This document shows positions 21,069 to 31,048 of a stretch of 64,000 nt of DNA, in pieces. The translations under genes were made by a program, and so were the position numbers. The notes under the pieces are model-generated. The model was not told where the DNA came from, ran no database searches, and was given only the letters and a program-made list of their open reading frames with translations. Where the stretch lies: positions 992,001 to 1,056,000 of the forward strand of contig OZ253496.1 of assembly GCA_965262115.1 (NCBI GenBank), in the 5' to 3' direction. The stretch is from Nitrospinales bacterium. GTDB lineage: Bacteria; Nitrospinota; Nitrospinia; Nitrospinales; VA-1. The stretch's first letter is position 1. Every line of letters begins with the position of its first letter.

Positions 21069-21176
21069 GCAATCGCTCGTTTGAGCCATCATAAACGATT
21101 GTTAGCAAACAAAAGGTATAGCAATTAACCAGCGGAGGTTCTCCGCCCACTAGCCGTGGAGGCAAATAATAAAGGA

Positions 21177-21950
21177 ATGGAATTTATTCAAGCAATTCCT
21201 TATCCTGTTTTAGCCGGGGCAGTATTCTGTTTCGGACTGGCAGTCGGCAGTTTCGCCAACGTGTGTATTCACCGTTTACCCCGGAAAGAATCCGTGGTCA
21301 TGCCCAGGTCGCATTGCCCGGTGTGCTCGTCGGCGGTTCGCCCGCTGGATAACATTCCGCTCGCCAGTTATGTTTTCATGGGCGGAAAATGCAGAGATTG
21401 TGCCGCATGTATTTCGCCGATTTATCCGGTTATCGAGGCGGCGATAGCCGTTCTTCTGCTGGCTGGGTTTTTCAAATTCGGATTGTCGTTTGATTTTCTG
21501 GTTTATGCTGTGGTGGCTCCCGCACTGGTCATCATCACAGCTACTGATAGCGAGCACCAGATTATTCCCGATGTGATCACGCTACCGGGCATTATCCTGG
21601 GGCTTGCAGTGGGAAGCTATACGATCGGTTATGCGGACTCCCTGCTCGGGTTTTTCCTGGGAGGCGGATTATTTTATTCACTCGCTGTGCTCAGTAATGG
21701 CGGAATGGGCGGGGGAGACATTAAATACATCGCGGCGGCTGGCGCTTTGCTGGGCTGGCAAAAAGTACTGCTGGTGATTTTTATCGGAGCATTTTTAGGA
21801 TCACTAGTCGGCCTGTTCCAGATCATCGTGCAGAAAAAATCAAGGAAAAGCCTGATCCCGTTCGGACCGTTTCTCGCGACAGGCACCCTGGTCACATTAT
21901 TTTATGGTAACTCGCTCATTCAGTTATACTTGGAATATCTGGTGGGATAA
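21177..21950 (+). CDS. pilD: Prepilin peptidase / N-methyltransferase (A24)
   Basis: GSFANVCIHRLP, SHCPVC...GKCRDC, GMGGGDIK and IPFGPFL motifs. Confidence 0.92.
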   Translation: MEFIQAIPYPVLAGAVFCFGLAVGSFANVCIHRLPRKESVVMPRSHCPVCSSAVRPLDNIPLASYVFMGGKCRDCAACISPIYPVIEAAIAVLLLAGFFKFGLSFDFLVYAVVAPALVIITATDSEHQIIPDVITLPGIILGLAVGSYTIGYADSLLGFFLGGGLFYSLAVLSNGGMGGGDIKYIAAAGALLGWQKVLLVIFIGAFLGSLVGLFQIIVQKKSRKSLIPFGPFLATGTLVTLFYGNSLIQLYLEYLVG

Positions 21951-22003
21951 TGATTCCCGAAAAAAATGAACAGAGCACTCTAATCAGCAATCGGAATTGA
22001 AAT

Positions 22004-22532
22004 ATGGAAAACGAAGAAACCAAACACGAAGCCCAAAAACAAACATCCCAAAAAGAAAACCCCCCGACCCTGGAAAGCTTTGCGTCTGAACTGGAAACCA
22101 TTCAGGCAGATCTTCGAAAAAGGAAGAGTGAAACCACCACACTGAAAATTCTTTTCTATACAGGTCTTGCGGTTTTACTATTCGGTTTCATCTATACCAA
22201 TCAGACCCTGCAGATATACCAATCAGACCCTGCAGAGAGCCCAATACCGAAGTCTCGAATCAAACATCCGCCTTTTACAGAACCGGGTGAATCACACCCT
22301 GCTTTCACTGGAAAGAAAGCTGCATAATGAAATTCAAGGTCTTGATGCAAAAATAAAAGGGACATCAGGCTTTCACGAAAGAATCCAAAGCATGAACCGA
22401 GCTCTGGATCAACTTGAGACCCGATCCACTCCCGTGGGCATTTTGATCGAAAAGGTTCAGAGAAACTCTAATGAACTGAGCCAAATGGTGCGAGCCCTTG
22501 AAGTCCAGAAAGAAATACTTGCAGTTGAATGA
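22004..22532 (+). pseudogene. Single-TM coiled-coil protein frameshifted by a 22-bp tandem duplication
   Basis: TATACCAATCAGACCCTGCAGA occurs twice (22193-22214, 22215-22236). Removing one copy joins ORF 22004.. to the 22167..22532 frame, giving a 168-aa protein. Confidence 0.8.
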
Positions 22533-22545
22533 CCTCCCAACCCAA

Positions 22546-23490
22546 TCAAGTCAGTTCAAAAACCTTTTCTATTTTTTCACAATGTTCGGGGGACGGTTGC
22601 CAACCCACCGCTTTCAAGTTTTCTTTCACCTGATCGGGATTTTTCACACCCACCAAAGCCGTTGTGAGTCCCTCCTGCCTCAACACCCAGTTGATCGCGG
22701 TCTGGCCGCAGGTTTTGCCCTCTTCATCAGCGATTTCTTTTAACCGGTCCACCTTTTCAATATTCCTGACAAATCCTTCCCCCGTAAAAGTGCCAATGAT
22801 TCCCTTGCTCCGCCAGTCTTTAAACTTCGTATCCTTGTCATACTTGCCGGTCAGGACTCCTGATGACAGAGGACTGTATGCGATGATTCCGATATCATTT
22901 TCCAGGCACAGAGGAACCGTTTCCTTTTGGATGTCGCGCGCCAGCAAACTGAACTCCGGTTGTAGTGACACAATTTTTCCGTATTGAAGACAGTCTTTGA
23001 TCTGTTGGGCCGAGTAATTGCTGACCCCGATATGACGGATCTTGCCTTTTTCCTGAATCTCCAACAGGGTTTCCATAGTCTCTTTCTGATCCGTTTCCAC
23101 ATCGGGCCAATGAACCTGATAAAGGTCGATCACGTCCGTCTCCAGACGTTTCAAACTCTGGTCAATTTCTTCCAGAATAGAAGTTCTGCTGGCGTCCTTG
23201 CGGAGCGAGCTTAAGGATTTCTTATCCCACCGTAATCCACATTTGGTGGCAAGAATCACTTTATCCCTGAGCGGTTTCAGGGCTTTCCCAATCAACTCCT
23301 CAGAATGGCCAAAACCATAAACTGGGGCCGTATCAAAAAAATTAATACTCAGGTCATACGCCTTCCTGATGGAATCCAGCGATTTCCCATCGCCCTCATT
23401 ATTCCAGAAGGGCGCTCCACCTATCCCCCACGCACCAAAACCAATCACCGACACTTCAAGATCACTGCTTCCCAGTTTTCTGTATTCCAT
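22546..23490 (-). CDS. Aldo/keto reductase
   Basis: FFDTAPVYG, LATKCG, IDLYQVHWPD, GVSNY and AYSPL motifs. Confidence 0.92.
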   Translation of the reverse strand: MEYRKLGSSDLEVSVIGFGAWGIGGAPFWNNEGDGKSLDSIRKAYDLSINFFDTAPVYGFGHSEELIGKALKPLRDKVILATKCGLRWDKKSLSSLRKDASRTSILEEIDQSLKRLETDVIDLYQVHWPDVETDQKETMETLLEIQEKGKIRHIGVSNYSAQQIKDCLQYGKIVSLQPEFSLLARDIQKETVPLCLENDIGIIAYSPLSSGVLTGKYDKDTKFKDWRSKGIIGTFTGEGFVRNIEKVDRLKEIADEEGKTCGQTAINWVLRQEGLTTALVGVKNPDQVKENLKAVGWQPSPEHCEKIEKVFELT

Positions 23491-23656
23491 ATTCTCGTTG
23501 AGTTTAAATTTAAGGTTTCAGGTTTTCTCGCAAAAACCATTTCGCATTATTAAGGTTACTCATTATAATCGTAAAGACACCTCTAAAAATCAGAACCTTT
23601 ATGCTTTGACAGTTTTTAGAGGCTTTTTTAATTATAGCAGTCCAAACGCTGAAAAC

Positions 23657-25381
23657 ATGAAATCCCTTGCAAGAGTACTGAGTTATTTAAAACCTTATCG
23701 AAAAGGGGTAGCGATGACGCTGTCTTTAGCCATCGCCACCACCCTCCTGGATCTCGTCCCACCCTGGCTGATTAAACTGATTGTCGACAGCCTGGTCGAA
23801 GGCGGAGAATCCTTATGGATATACGGACCCATAGCCGGTTTGGCAGGTATTTATCTGGCGCGGAACTTCACCAATCACCGGCGCATCATGACCAACAACA
23901 AAGTCGAGCAGGATGTAGTGTTCGATTTAAGGTCAGACGTTTATCGTGCGTTGCAGAATTTATCCTTGAACTATTTTGAAAATAGCTCCACCGGCGAGTT
24001 GATGTCCCGCGCCAACGATGATGTGACCTATGTCGAGCGAATTTTTATTGATGGCGTGGAGCAGGTCGTGACCGCGATCCTGACCCTGATCGGGATTTGC
24101 ATCATACTTTTTTTTATGCATTGGAAACTGGCCCTGGTGGCCCTGCTTCCCATTCCTTTCCTGGCTTATGGCGCATGGATCTATACCGCCAAGGCCCACG
24201 ACCAGTATCATGTTGTGCGCAAGCGGGCCGCGAAAATGAATGCTAAGTTGCAGGACTCCATTTCAGGAATCCGCGAAACACTTTCTTTTAACCGCCAGCT
24301 TCATGAAGTCAAGCAATTTGAGAAACGCAGTCGGGATTATTGCTATGGGACTTTGGAAGTCATGCGGTTGTGGGCCTTCTACTCCCCGACCATGATGTTT
24401 CTTGGATCTCTCGGCACAGTTCTGATCCTCCTGTATGGAGTGGGGCTGGTACAGGCCGAGGATATCACCGTTGGTTCCCTGATCGCTTTCGTAGGCTACT
24501 TGGCATTATTTTATACGCCGATCAACCAATTGCATTCGGTCAACCACATGCTTCAGCACGCACTGGCTTCCGGCGAACGGTTGTTTGAGATCATCGACAC
24601 CGTGCCCGAAGTGCAAGAGATGCCAAATGCGATTCTCCCCTCTACCAATGTTCGGGGCACGATTCAATTTAACCGGGTGGACTTTTCATACATCCCGGGC
24701 AAACCCGTCCTTCAAGACGTTGACTTCACCATTGCCGCCGGAGAAAAGATAGCTCTGGTTGGTCATACCGGCAGTGGCAAATCCACCATGGTTAAACTGC
24801 TCATGCGGTTTTATGATGTCCAGTCAGGAGCCATTCTCATTGACGGTCACCGAATAAAAGACCTGAAGCTTTCTTATCTCCGCGAACAGATCGGGCTGGT
24901 CGCGCAAGATCCGTTCCTGTTTAATGGCACAGTGGCAGAAAACATCCTTTACGGGAACATCGAAGCCGACCGGGATCAGGTCATTTCAGCCGCTGTCGCA
25001 GCACACGCCGACCCCTTTATAAAAAATCTACCTGAGGGATACGACACCATGGTCGGAGAACGGGGGGTCAAACTTTCTGAAGGGGAAAAACACCGCATCG
25101 CCATCGCCCGGACTTTTCTGAAAAATCCGCCGATCCTGATACTGGACGAAGCCACATCATCAGTGGACACTGAAACCGAGAGCCATATCAAACAAGCTCT
25201 GGACACGTTGATGGCAGGGCGTACCACTCTGAGTGTTGCGCATCGTTTGTCAACTCTGGAAGGGGCAGACCGTGTTCTGGTCATGAAACAAGGAGAACTG
25301 GTTGAAACAGGAGTGCACGATACCTTGATCACTACCGACTCAGAATACGCGCAACTGTTTCGCCAACAGGTCCACCTCTAA
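23657..25381 (+). CDS. ABC exporter, fused permease-ATPase (MsbA/Sav1866-like)
   Basis: Six-TM domain, Walker A GHTGSGKST, Walker B LILDEATS, H-loop AHRLST. The signature reads LSEGE. Confidence 0.9.
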   Translation: MKSLARVLSYLKPYRKGVAMTLSLAIATTLLDLVPPWLIKLIVDSLVEGGESLWIYGPIAGLAGIYLARNFTNHRRIMTNNKVEQDVVFDLRSDVYRALQNLSLNYFENSSTGELMSRANDDVTYVERIFIDGVEQVVTAILTLIGICIILFFMHWKLALVALLPIPFLAYGAWIYTAKAHDQYHVVRKRAAKMNAKLQDSISGIRETLSFNRQLHEVKQFEKRSRDYCYGTLEVMRLWAFYSPTMMFLGSLGTVLILLYGVGLVQAEDITVGSLIAFVGYLALFYTPINQLHSVNHMLQHALASGERLFEIIDTVPEVQEMPNAILPSTNVRGTIQFNRVDFSYIPGKPVLQDVDFTIAAGEKIALVGHTGSGKSTMVKLLMRFYDVQSGAILIDGHRIKDLKLSYLREQIGLVAQDPFLFNGTVAENILYGNIEADRDQVISAAVAAHADPFIKNLPEGYDTMVGERGVKLSEGEKHRIAIARTFLKNPPILILDEATSSVDTETESHIKQALDTLMAGRTTLSVAHRLSTLEGADRVLVMKQGELVETGVHDTLITTDSEYAQLFRQQVHL

Positions 25382-25403
25382 GCAGAGGACCTCCGCTGGT
25401 AAC

Positions 25404-25460
25404 TAGCAATAGCTTTTCAAAGCTAACAACAATTCTTCTCGGCTTAAAATGTTCTTGCTA
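25404..25460. repeat. ~57-bp REPIN/MITE-like unit with TAGCAA...TTGCTA inverted ends (other copies 40010-40066, 52367-52421, 21067-21124)
   Basis: Copies align by eye: shared ends and internal CCGAGA...TCTTTG...AAGCTATTGCTA. Confidence 0.7.
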
Positions 25461-25749
25461 TCCACCTTCTCTGAATTCATAATAAACCCTAGGAAGTGAA
25501 GCTAATCCGGGATCATCGTGGATCAGACCCTCAATGTCTGCATAGTAAAAATATTCTTGTTTTACGTCCAAAACCTTAGGCCTCCACTTTCAGATGGCTC
25601 AATGAAAAACCAGAAAACATTTTATTTTTAATAGTTTGCGCTAATAAACACCGGAAAAATCCCCCAATATTACTTATCATTCTTGTAAATGTAATTTAAA
25701 AAGGCAAAAAAATGCGGGGCTCTTCATTCCTGATTTCTCGGAGGTAAAA

Positions 25750-26718
25750 TCAGGTTCCTTCCTCAATAACTTTTCCCATTTCACGGAATTTCTTCTCTCT
25801 CAACTGGGTCAACTCAACCAAAGGAACCTGGGTCAAGCGGTCAAGATTTTTTCTAAGGGATTTTTTCAAACGTATAGCGGCCTGTTTATGGTTACGGTGG
25901 GCGCCGCCAAGAGGTTCGCGAATAATTTCATCAATCACCTTAAATTTCAAGAGGTCACTCGCGGTGATACACAGTGCATCAGCCGCCTGCGAGGTTTTTC
26001 CTTTGTCGCCCCAAAGAATGGAAGCGCAACCTTCAGGCGAGATCACCGAATATACAGAATGTTCAAACATCATAATATGATCGCCAACCCCAATTGCTAA
26101 AGCACCGCCGGATCCTCCCTCTCCAATCACCACGCAGATGATGGGAATCTTCAATTGAATGATACTGAACATATTGGTGGCGATCGCTTCAGACTGCCCC
26201 TTTTCTTCGGCATCAACACCGGGATAAGCTCCCGGCGTGTCGATAAAGGTAATAACAGGCATATTGAATTTTTCCGCCATTCGCATTAACCGAAGAGCTT
26301 TTCTGTATCCCGCCGGTTGGGACATGCCAAAGTTCCGTCTTATTTTTTCTTTGATCTCCCTTCCCTTCTGGTGCCCCACTACCATCACGGATCTTCCATC
26401 AAACTTTGCCAGCCCCGCAACAATAGAAGGGCCATAACCTCCGTGACGGTCACCATGAAGCTCAAAAAAATCCTCAAAGATCAGGTTCAAATAATCCAGA
26501 GTGTAAGGCCTGTCAGGATGTCTCGCCACCAAGGTTTTATCCCACCCCTTCAGGTTGGAATACACCTCATACTTCATTCGACGCAGCTTTTTTTTGAGCT
26601 TGGCGATCTCATGAGTGATATCGCCAACACTATCATACATGTGGGACATGGAAACCAGGTCATGGATCTGGGTCTCCAAGGCAAAAATCTCGCGCTCAAA
26701 CTCTAGAATATGTACCAT
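25750..26718 (-). CDS. accA: Acetyl-CoA carboxylase carboxyltransferase alpha subunit
   Basis: ARHPDRP, GHQKG, GYRKALR, FIDTPGAYPG, GEGGSGGALA and SVISPEGCASILW motifs. Confidence 0.93.
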   Translation of the reverse strand: MVHILEFEREIFALETQIHDLVSMSHMYDSVGDITHEIAKLKKKLRRMKYEVYSNLKGWDKTLVARHPDRPYTLDYLNLIFEDFFELHGDRHGGYGPSIVAGLAKFDGRSVMVVGHQKGREIKEKIRRNFGMSQPAGYRKALRLMRMAEKFNMPVITFIDTPGAYPGVDAEEKGQSEAIATNMFSIIQLKIPIICVVIGEGGSGGALAIGVGDHIMMFEHSVYSVISPEGCASILWGDKGKTSQAADALCITASDLLKFKVIDEIIREPLGGAHRNHKQAAIRLKKSLRKNLDRLTQVPLVELTQLREKKFREMGKVIEEGT

Positions 26719-26836
26719 ATTTGATATGAAGTTTTTTTAAATAAGGATTTAATTTTCAATATTTTAACATAAAGCAAAGTTTGCATCCATCCGCCGCTTC
26801 TTCCTTGGGAAGAGTATTCAGGACGCCGTGAACATA

Positions 26837-27904
26837 TCAGTAGAAACCGAAGATAGGATGAATCAGGTTTTTGAGGTTTTCAGACTCATTCAACGCACGG
26901 GCTCCCTCGGTGCCAATTTTATTCTGCCCCAGCTTTAAGGATTCGAGGTTTGCCAAACGCTGAGATTCGGCTATCGCACGAGCTCCTGCATCCCCGATAC
27001 GATTAAAGTTTAAATTCAGCTTCTTTAGTCTCTCAAAGTTTTTGGATCCTGCCAGTGCTTGGGCTCCCGCATCAGAAATATTATTTTTCGAAAGGTCCAA
27101 AGAAACTAAACTTTTTAATTTTTCAGATTGCGAAAGGGCGATCACCGCCTCATCGTTCAAATCATTATTTCTCAAATCCAGAGTCTCCAACTCCGAGATA
27201 AAAGGAAAGTCCAGCAATACCATAACCCCAAAGTTCCCAATCAGCGCCTTACCCACTTGGTTAAACCGGTTGTTGCGGTGAAGATCTTTAAACCATTCCA
27301 TCAACTGGAAACGCTTCCAAGCCTGTTTGCCGCTTTTTTCAATCGGGTTATAGGCTAACTGGATATTATGAAGCTGGCGTAACTTTTTTGAACGCGTGAG
27401 CTCAATAGCTCCGGACCCCCTAATCTGATTATAGTTCAGGTTCAACTCTATCAATTGAGTCAGGGTATCCGAGTTTGCAATAGCCTTGGCACCCTCATCG
27501 GTGATCCGGTTATGATAAAGGTTGAGGATTTTCAGGTTGGAAAAATTCCTGGAACTCGCAATGATCTCCACGCCCTTATCGGTTATGAAATTATGCTCCA
27601 GATACAGGGCCTCCAGGTTTTTCAGATTGGGAGATTCGGCCAAGGCACGAATGCCTTCATCGCTGATATGGACTTTATACAAAACCAGAGTCCTGACAGA
27701 ACGAACTAATGGAGATTGGGCCAAAATGGCCAAACCCGAATCACCCAGATTCTTCTCGTTAATTCGGAGGGTCTTGTCATTACGCTTAAGTTTTTTCTGG
27801 ATGTACTTCTCGACAGCTGTTCCAGACATCGGTGGAAAAACAGCACCCAAGGTAAAAACAGACAAAAGGGCAAGGATCAAAGCACGCCCACAGAGTTTAA
27901 ACAT
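26837..27904 (-). CDS. Secreted leucine-rich repeat protein (RI-like/GALA-type)
   Basis: Repeated LxxLxLxxNxIxDxGAxALA units; signal peptide. Confidence 0.88.
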   Translation of the reverse strand: MFKLCGRALILALLSVFTLGAVFPPMSGTAVEKYIQKKLKRNDKTLRINEKNLGDSGLAILAQSPLVRSVRTLVLYKVHISDEGIRALAESPNLKNLEALYLEHNFITDKGVEIIASSRNFSNLKILNLYHNRITDEGAKAIANSDTLTQLIELNLNYNQIRGSGAIELTRSKKLRQLHNIQLAYNPIEKSGKQAWKRFQLMEWFKDLHRNNRFNQVGKALIGNFGVMVLLDFPFISELETLDLRNNDLNDEAVIALSQSEKLKSLVSLDLSKNNISDAGAQALAGSKNFERLKKLNLNFNRIGDAGARAIAESQRLANLESLKLGQNKIGTEGARALNESENLKNLIHPIFGFY

Positions 27905-27959
27905 AATCTATAACTTTAAATAAAAACAGTTTCTTAAGAACAACGCGGATATAAGTATT

Positions 27960-28988
27960 TTAACGGGAGGACGGGTTATTTTCAATTTCGTTTAATCGCG
28001 TTTCCAGGTCACGAATTTTACTGGCCAATTCTGGAAGTTTTGGCAAAACGGTCACATATTTTTTCCACTCGCCCAGGGGAACCGCAGGATGTCCTCCATA
28101 AACCTTGTGACTTTCAATATTGCGGAACGTGCCCGACTGAGCCGTGAGGGTGACCTGGTCACCGAGCGTGACATGATCGGCGACGCCCACCTGCCCCGCA
28201 AGCACCACATGATGGCCCAGGGTACAGCTCCCAGCCAACCCCACCTGGGCAACCAGAATGGAGTGTTCCCCCACCGTACAGTTATGAGCTACCTGAACCA
28301 GATTATCTATTTTAGTTCCTTGTTTGATGAGCGTGGTGCCTATTGCCGCCCGATCCACACAACTGTTTGCCCCAATCTCGACATCATCTTCAATCACCAC
28401 CCGGCCGATTTGGTTGATTTTATAATGCGCTCCTTTCTCATCGAGGGTATAGCCAAAACCATCAGCCCCGATCACCACCCCGGCATGAAGAATCACACGG
28501 CTCCCCAATTCCGTATTGCGGTAAAGCGTGACATTCGGGTGAAGGATGGTATGGCTACCAATCCGGCAACGGTCGCCGACAACCACTCCCGGATATAAAT
28601 GGGCATGGTCCGCAATCTCCACATCATCCCCGATACACACTCCAGCGGATAGAGTGACCTGCTCACCGAGTTTAACGTTTTTGCCGACCACCGCCCGGTC
28701 ATGAACACCCGGTTTGGGTTGCGGTTCAGGATGAAACTCCCTCAGCAAACGTGCAAAGGCAAGCTCTGGACTGGCAACGATAATCTGGGGAACAGAAGTA
28801 TCTACTGCTGCCTTCACCAGTACAGCCGAGGCTTGGGAACGATTCAATAACTCAAGAAATATTTTTTTACTGAGGAAGGTGATCTGTCCTGCATCAGCGT
28901 GCTCGATACCCCGGATTCCAGATATCTCAAGCGAGCCATCGCCTTTTAATTTTCCTCCAACCAATTCAGCGATCTTTTCCAGCTTCAT
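27960..28988 (-). CDS. lpxD: UDP-3-O-acyl-glucosamine N-acyltransferase
   Basis: Hexapeptide repeats; GADGFGY, KIDNLVQVAHN motifs. Confidence 0.95.
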   Translation of the reverse strand: MKLEKIAELVGGKLKGDGSLEISGIRGIEHADAGQITFLSKKIFLELLNRSQASAVLVKAAVDTSVPQIIVASPELAFARLLREFHPEPQPKPGVHDRAVVGKNVKLGEQVTLSAGVCIGDDVEIADHAHLYPGVVVGDRCRIGSHTILHPNVTLYRNTELGSRVILHAGVVIGADGFGYTLDEKGAHYKINQIGRVVIEDDVEIGANSCVDRAAIGTTLIKQGTKIDNLVQVAHNCTVGEHSILVAQVGLAGSCTLGHHVVLAGQVGVADHVTLGDQVTLTAQSGTFRNIESHKVYGGHPAVPLGEWKKYVTVLPKLPELASKIRDLETRLNEIENNPSSR

Positions 28989-29020
28989 GGCTTCCCCTTT
29001 TTTTAAATTCAATCCGGCTT

Positions 29021-29746
29021 TTAAATGACCAGACTCTGACTGGTAGGGCCGACTTTTCCATCGACCAGCTCCATCACTCGATCCAGTTTCCCGGCGACTC
29101 TCTGGCTGTGTGTGACAATTACAAAAGTCTGGTTAAATTCCTGGTTCAGTTTTCGGATCAATTCTATCAACTGATCACTGGCATGATAGTCCAGATTCCC
29201 CGTTGGTTCATCAGCTAAAAGCAGGTCGGGCTGATTGATAAGTCCTCTTGCAAGAGCCACGCGCTGGATTTCTCCTCCCGACAGTTCGCCGGGCTTGTGG
29301 TGCATCCGATCCTTCATGCCCACTTCGCACAACAAGTATTCAGCCCACTCTTTGGCCAAACGCCTGTCCTGATTGCGGATCAAAGCCGGAAACATAGCAT
29401 TTTCCAATGCGGAAAAATCGGGCAATAAATTGAAAAACTGGAACACAAAACCAATATGGGCATTGCGGAAGTTTTCCAAATAACCATTGGACTGTTTATA
29501 AATATCTTTTCCCTGAAACAGGACGCTTCCCGTTAACGGTTTGTCGAGACCACCCAGGACATGGAGAAGGGTGCTCTTACCCACCCCTGACGCACCGACA
29601 ATTCCCAACACTTCCCCTGGCAAAACCTGAAGGCTCGTCTGGTCAAGAACATGAATCACCTCGCGCGGAGTCGAATAGCTTTTATCGACATTAACCGCTT
29701 CGATCAAGCATTTTTGTTCTGTCTTACCGGGATTCAAGTCACTCAT
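29021..29746 (-). CDS. lolD: Lipoprotein-releasing ABC transporter ATPase
   Basis: GASGVGKSTLL, LSGGEIQR, LLADEPTGNLD; start overlaps the lolC/E stop. Confidence 0.9.
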   Translation of the reverse strand: MSDLNPGKTEQKCLIEAVNVDKSYSTPREVIHVLDQTSLQVLPGEVLGIVGASGVGKSTLLHVLGGLDKPLTGSVLFQGKDIYKQSNGYLENFRNAHIGFVFQFFNLLPDFSALENAMFPALIRNQDRRLAKEWAEYLLCEVGMKDRMHHKPGELSGGEIQRVALARGLINQPDLLLADEPTGNLDYHASDQLIELIRKLNQEFNQTFVIVTHSQRVAGKLDRVMELVDGKVGPTSQSLVI

Positions 29747-31007
29747 AGCGCAAACCTTCCACAGGGTCCATCCGGGAAGCTCTCCAAGCCGGATACAGCG
29801 AGGCCACAAAACAAATGATAATAGAGAAGATAACGATGAAAAACGAATCGAGATACTGAATTTCTGAAGGAAGCTTGTCCAGATAATACACATCGCTGGG
29901 AAACGCGGTGAACCCAAAAATATTTTCGATGACACCAACAATCTCATTCAGGTTCGGCACAACCGTAAAACCACCAACGCAACCAATCGCTGTCCCGACG
30001 ACGCCAATAATCAGGCCCTGATAACTGAAGATTTTCATAATGCTGGATCGGGAAGCCCCCATGGATTTCAGAATGGCAATTTCCTTGCTCTTTTCCATAA
30101 CCACCATAAACAAGGTACTGACAATATTAAAAGCAGCCACCAGAATAATCAGGATCAGGATAATGAACATCACAATTTTTTCCAGGCGTAATGCGGAAAA
30201 TAAATTTTTGTTCATCTTCATCCAGTCTCTTGCGTAATAGGGAAACCCAAGATTGTCCTGAATTTCCGCAGCCACCTGATCTGCCCTCTCAATATCTTCC
30301 ACTTGAATCTCAATGCCGCTGACCTTTCCCTTCATGGCGAAAAATTTTTGCGCCGAGCGTATGGAAATAAAAGCCAGGTTAGAATCGTATTCGAACATTC
30401 CCGACTCAAAAAAACCCACCACCTGAAATAATTTGATTTTAGGGATCAGGCCCATAGGCGTCACTCTAGATGCGGGAGAAACCATCGCCACGGCATCATC
30501 GCGTTGCACCCCCAGCCGGTGTGCCAATTCCTTACCGAGGATGATCCCATCCCGATGGCGTTTTCCGGAAGAGCTTTCCGGGTCTTCCAGCATTTTTAAG
30601 CTTCCTTGCACCAGGTTTTTTTCCAGATCAGAAACTTCGGCCTCCCGGACTGGATCCACTCCGCGAACCACCACCCCTGCGCTATTGCTCCCATAGGTCA
30701 GCATCACCTGACTCAGGATGAACGGAGCCGCGGCATTCACACCTTCGATCTGCGCTATTTTTTCAATGATAACTTCGTAATCCTCCATGCCGGTTCGGCT
30801 TATATTGGTGACCACAACGTGGCTGTTGGTTCCCAGGATTTTATCCCGCAAGTCTTTGCCGAATCCGGACATGACAGCAATAACAATAATCAGCGCCATG
30901 ACGCCAAGAGCAACCCCGCCAACGGAGATCCAGGTATTGAGCGAAATAAATTTCTGGGTACGCTTGGCCTTGAGGTGGCGCAGGCTGACGAAAAGTTCGT
31001 AGGACAT
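29739..31007 (-). CDS. lolE: Lipoprotein-releasing ABC transporter permease LolC/E
   Basis: GVALGVMALIIVIAVMSGF, AAFNIVSTL, EIAILKSMGA, YPAWRAS, LRYE motifs. Confidence 0.92.
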   Translation of the reverse strand: MSYELFVSLRHLKAKRTQKFISLNTWISVGGVALGVMALIIVIAVMSGFGKDLRDKILGTNSHVVVTNISRTGMEDYEVIIEKIAQIEGVNAAAPFILSQVMLTYGSNSAGVVVRGVDPVREAEVSDLEKNLVQGSLKMLEDPESSSGKRHRDGIILGKELAHRLGVQRDDAVAMVSPASRVTPMGLIPKIKLFQVVGFFESGMFEYDSNLAFISIRSAQKFFAMKGKVSGIEIQVEDIERADQVAAEIQDNLGFPYYARDWMKMNKNLFSALRLEKIVMFIILILIILVAAFNIVSTLFMVVMEKSKEIAILKSMGASRSSIMKIFSYQGLIIGVVGTAIGCVGGFTVVPNLNEIVGVIENIFGFTAFPSDVYYLDKLPSEIQYLDSFFIVIFSIIICFVASLYPAWRASRMDPVEGLRYE

Positions 31008-31048
31008 ATCAGGAATGAATCAATAAATGACCGGTTTGTTTTCCCGAA

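Noticed and set aside
23369..23656. Upstream extensions of the ABC transporter (similarly lolD to 29947 and rnr to 39977)
   Set aside because: They overlap neighbouring genes or repeats; downstream starts fit family lengths better.
26837..27904. LRR protein (and TPR/FG-GAP proteins) as evidence of symbiosis
   Set aside because: Such repeat proteins are also common in free-living bacteria, so they are not diagnostic alone.
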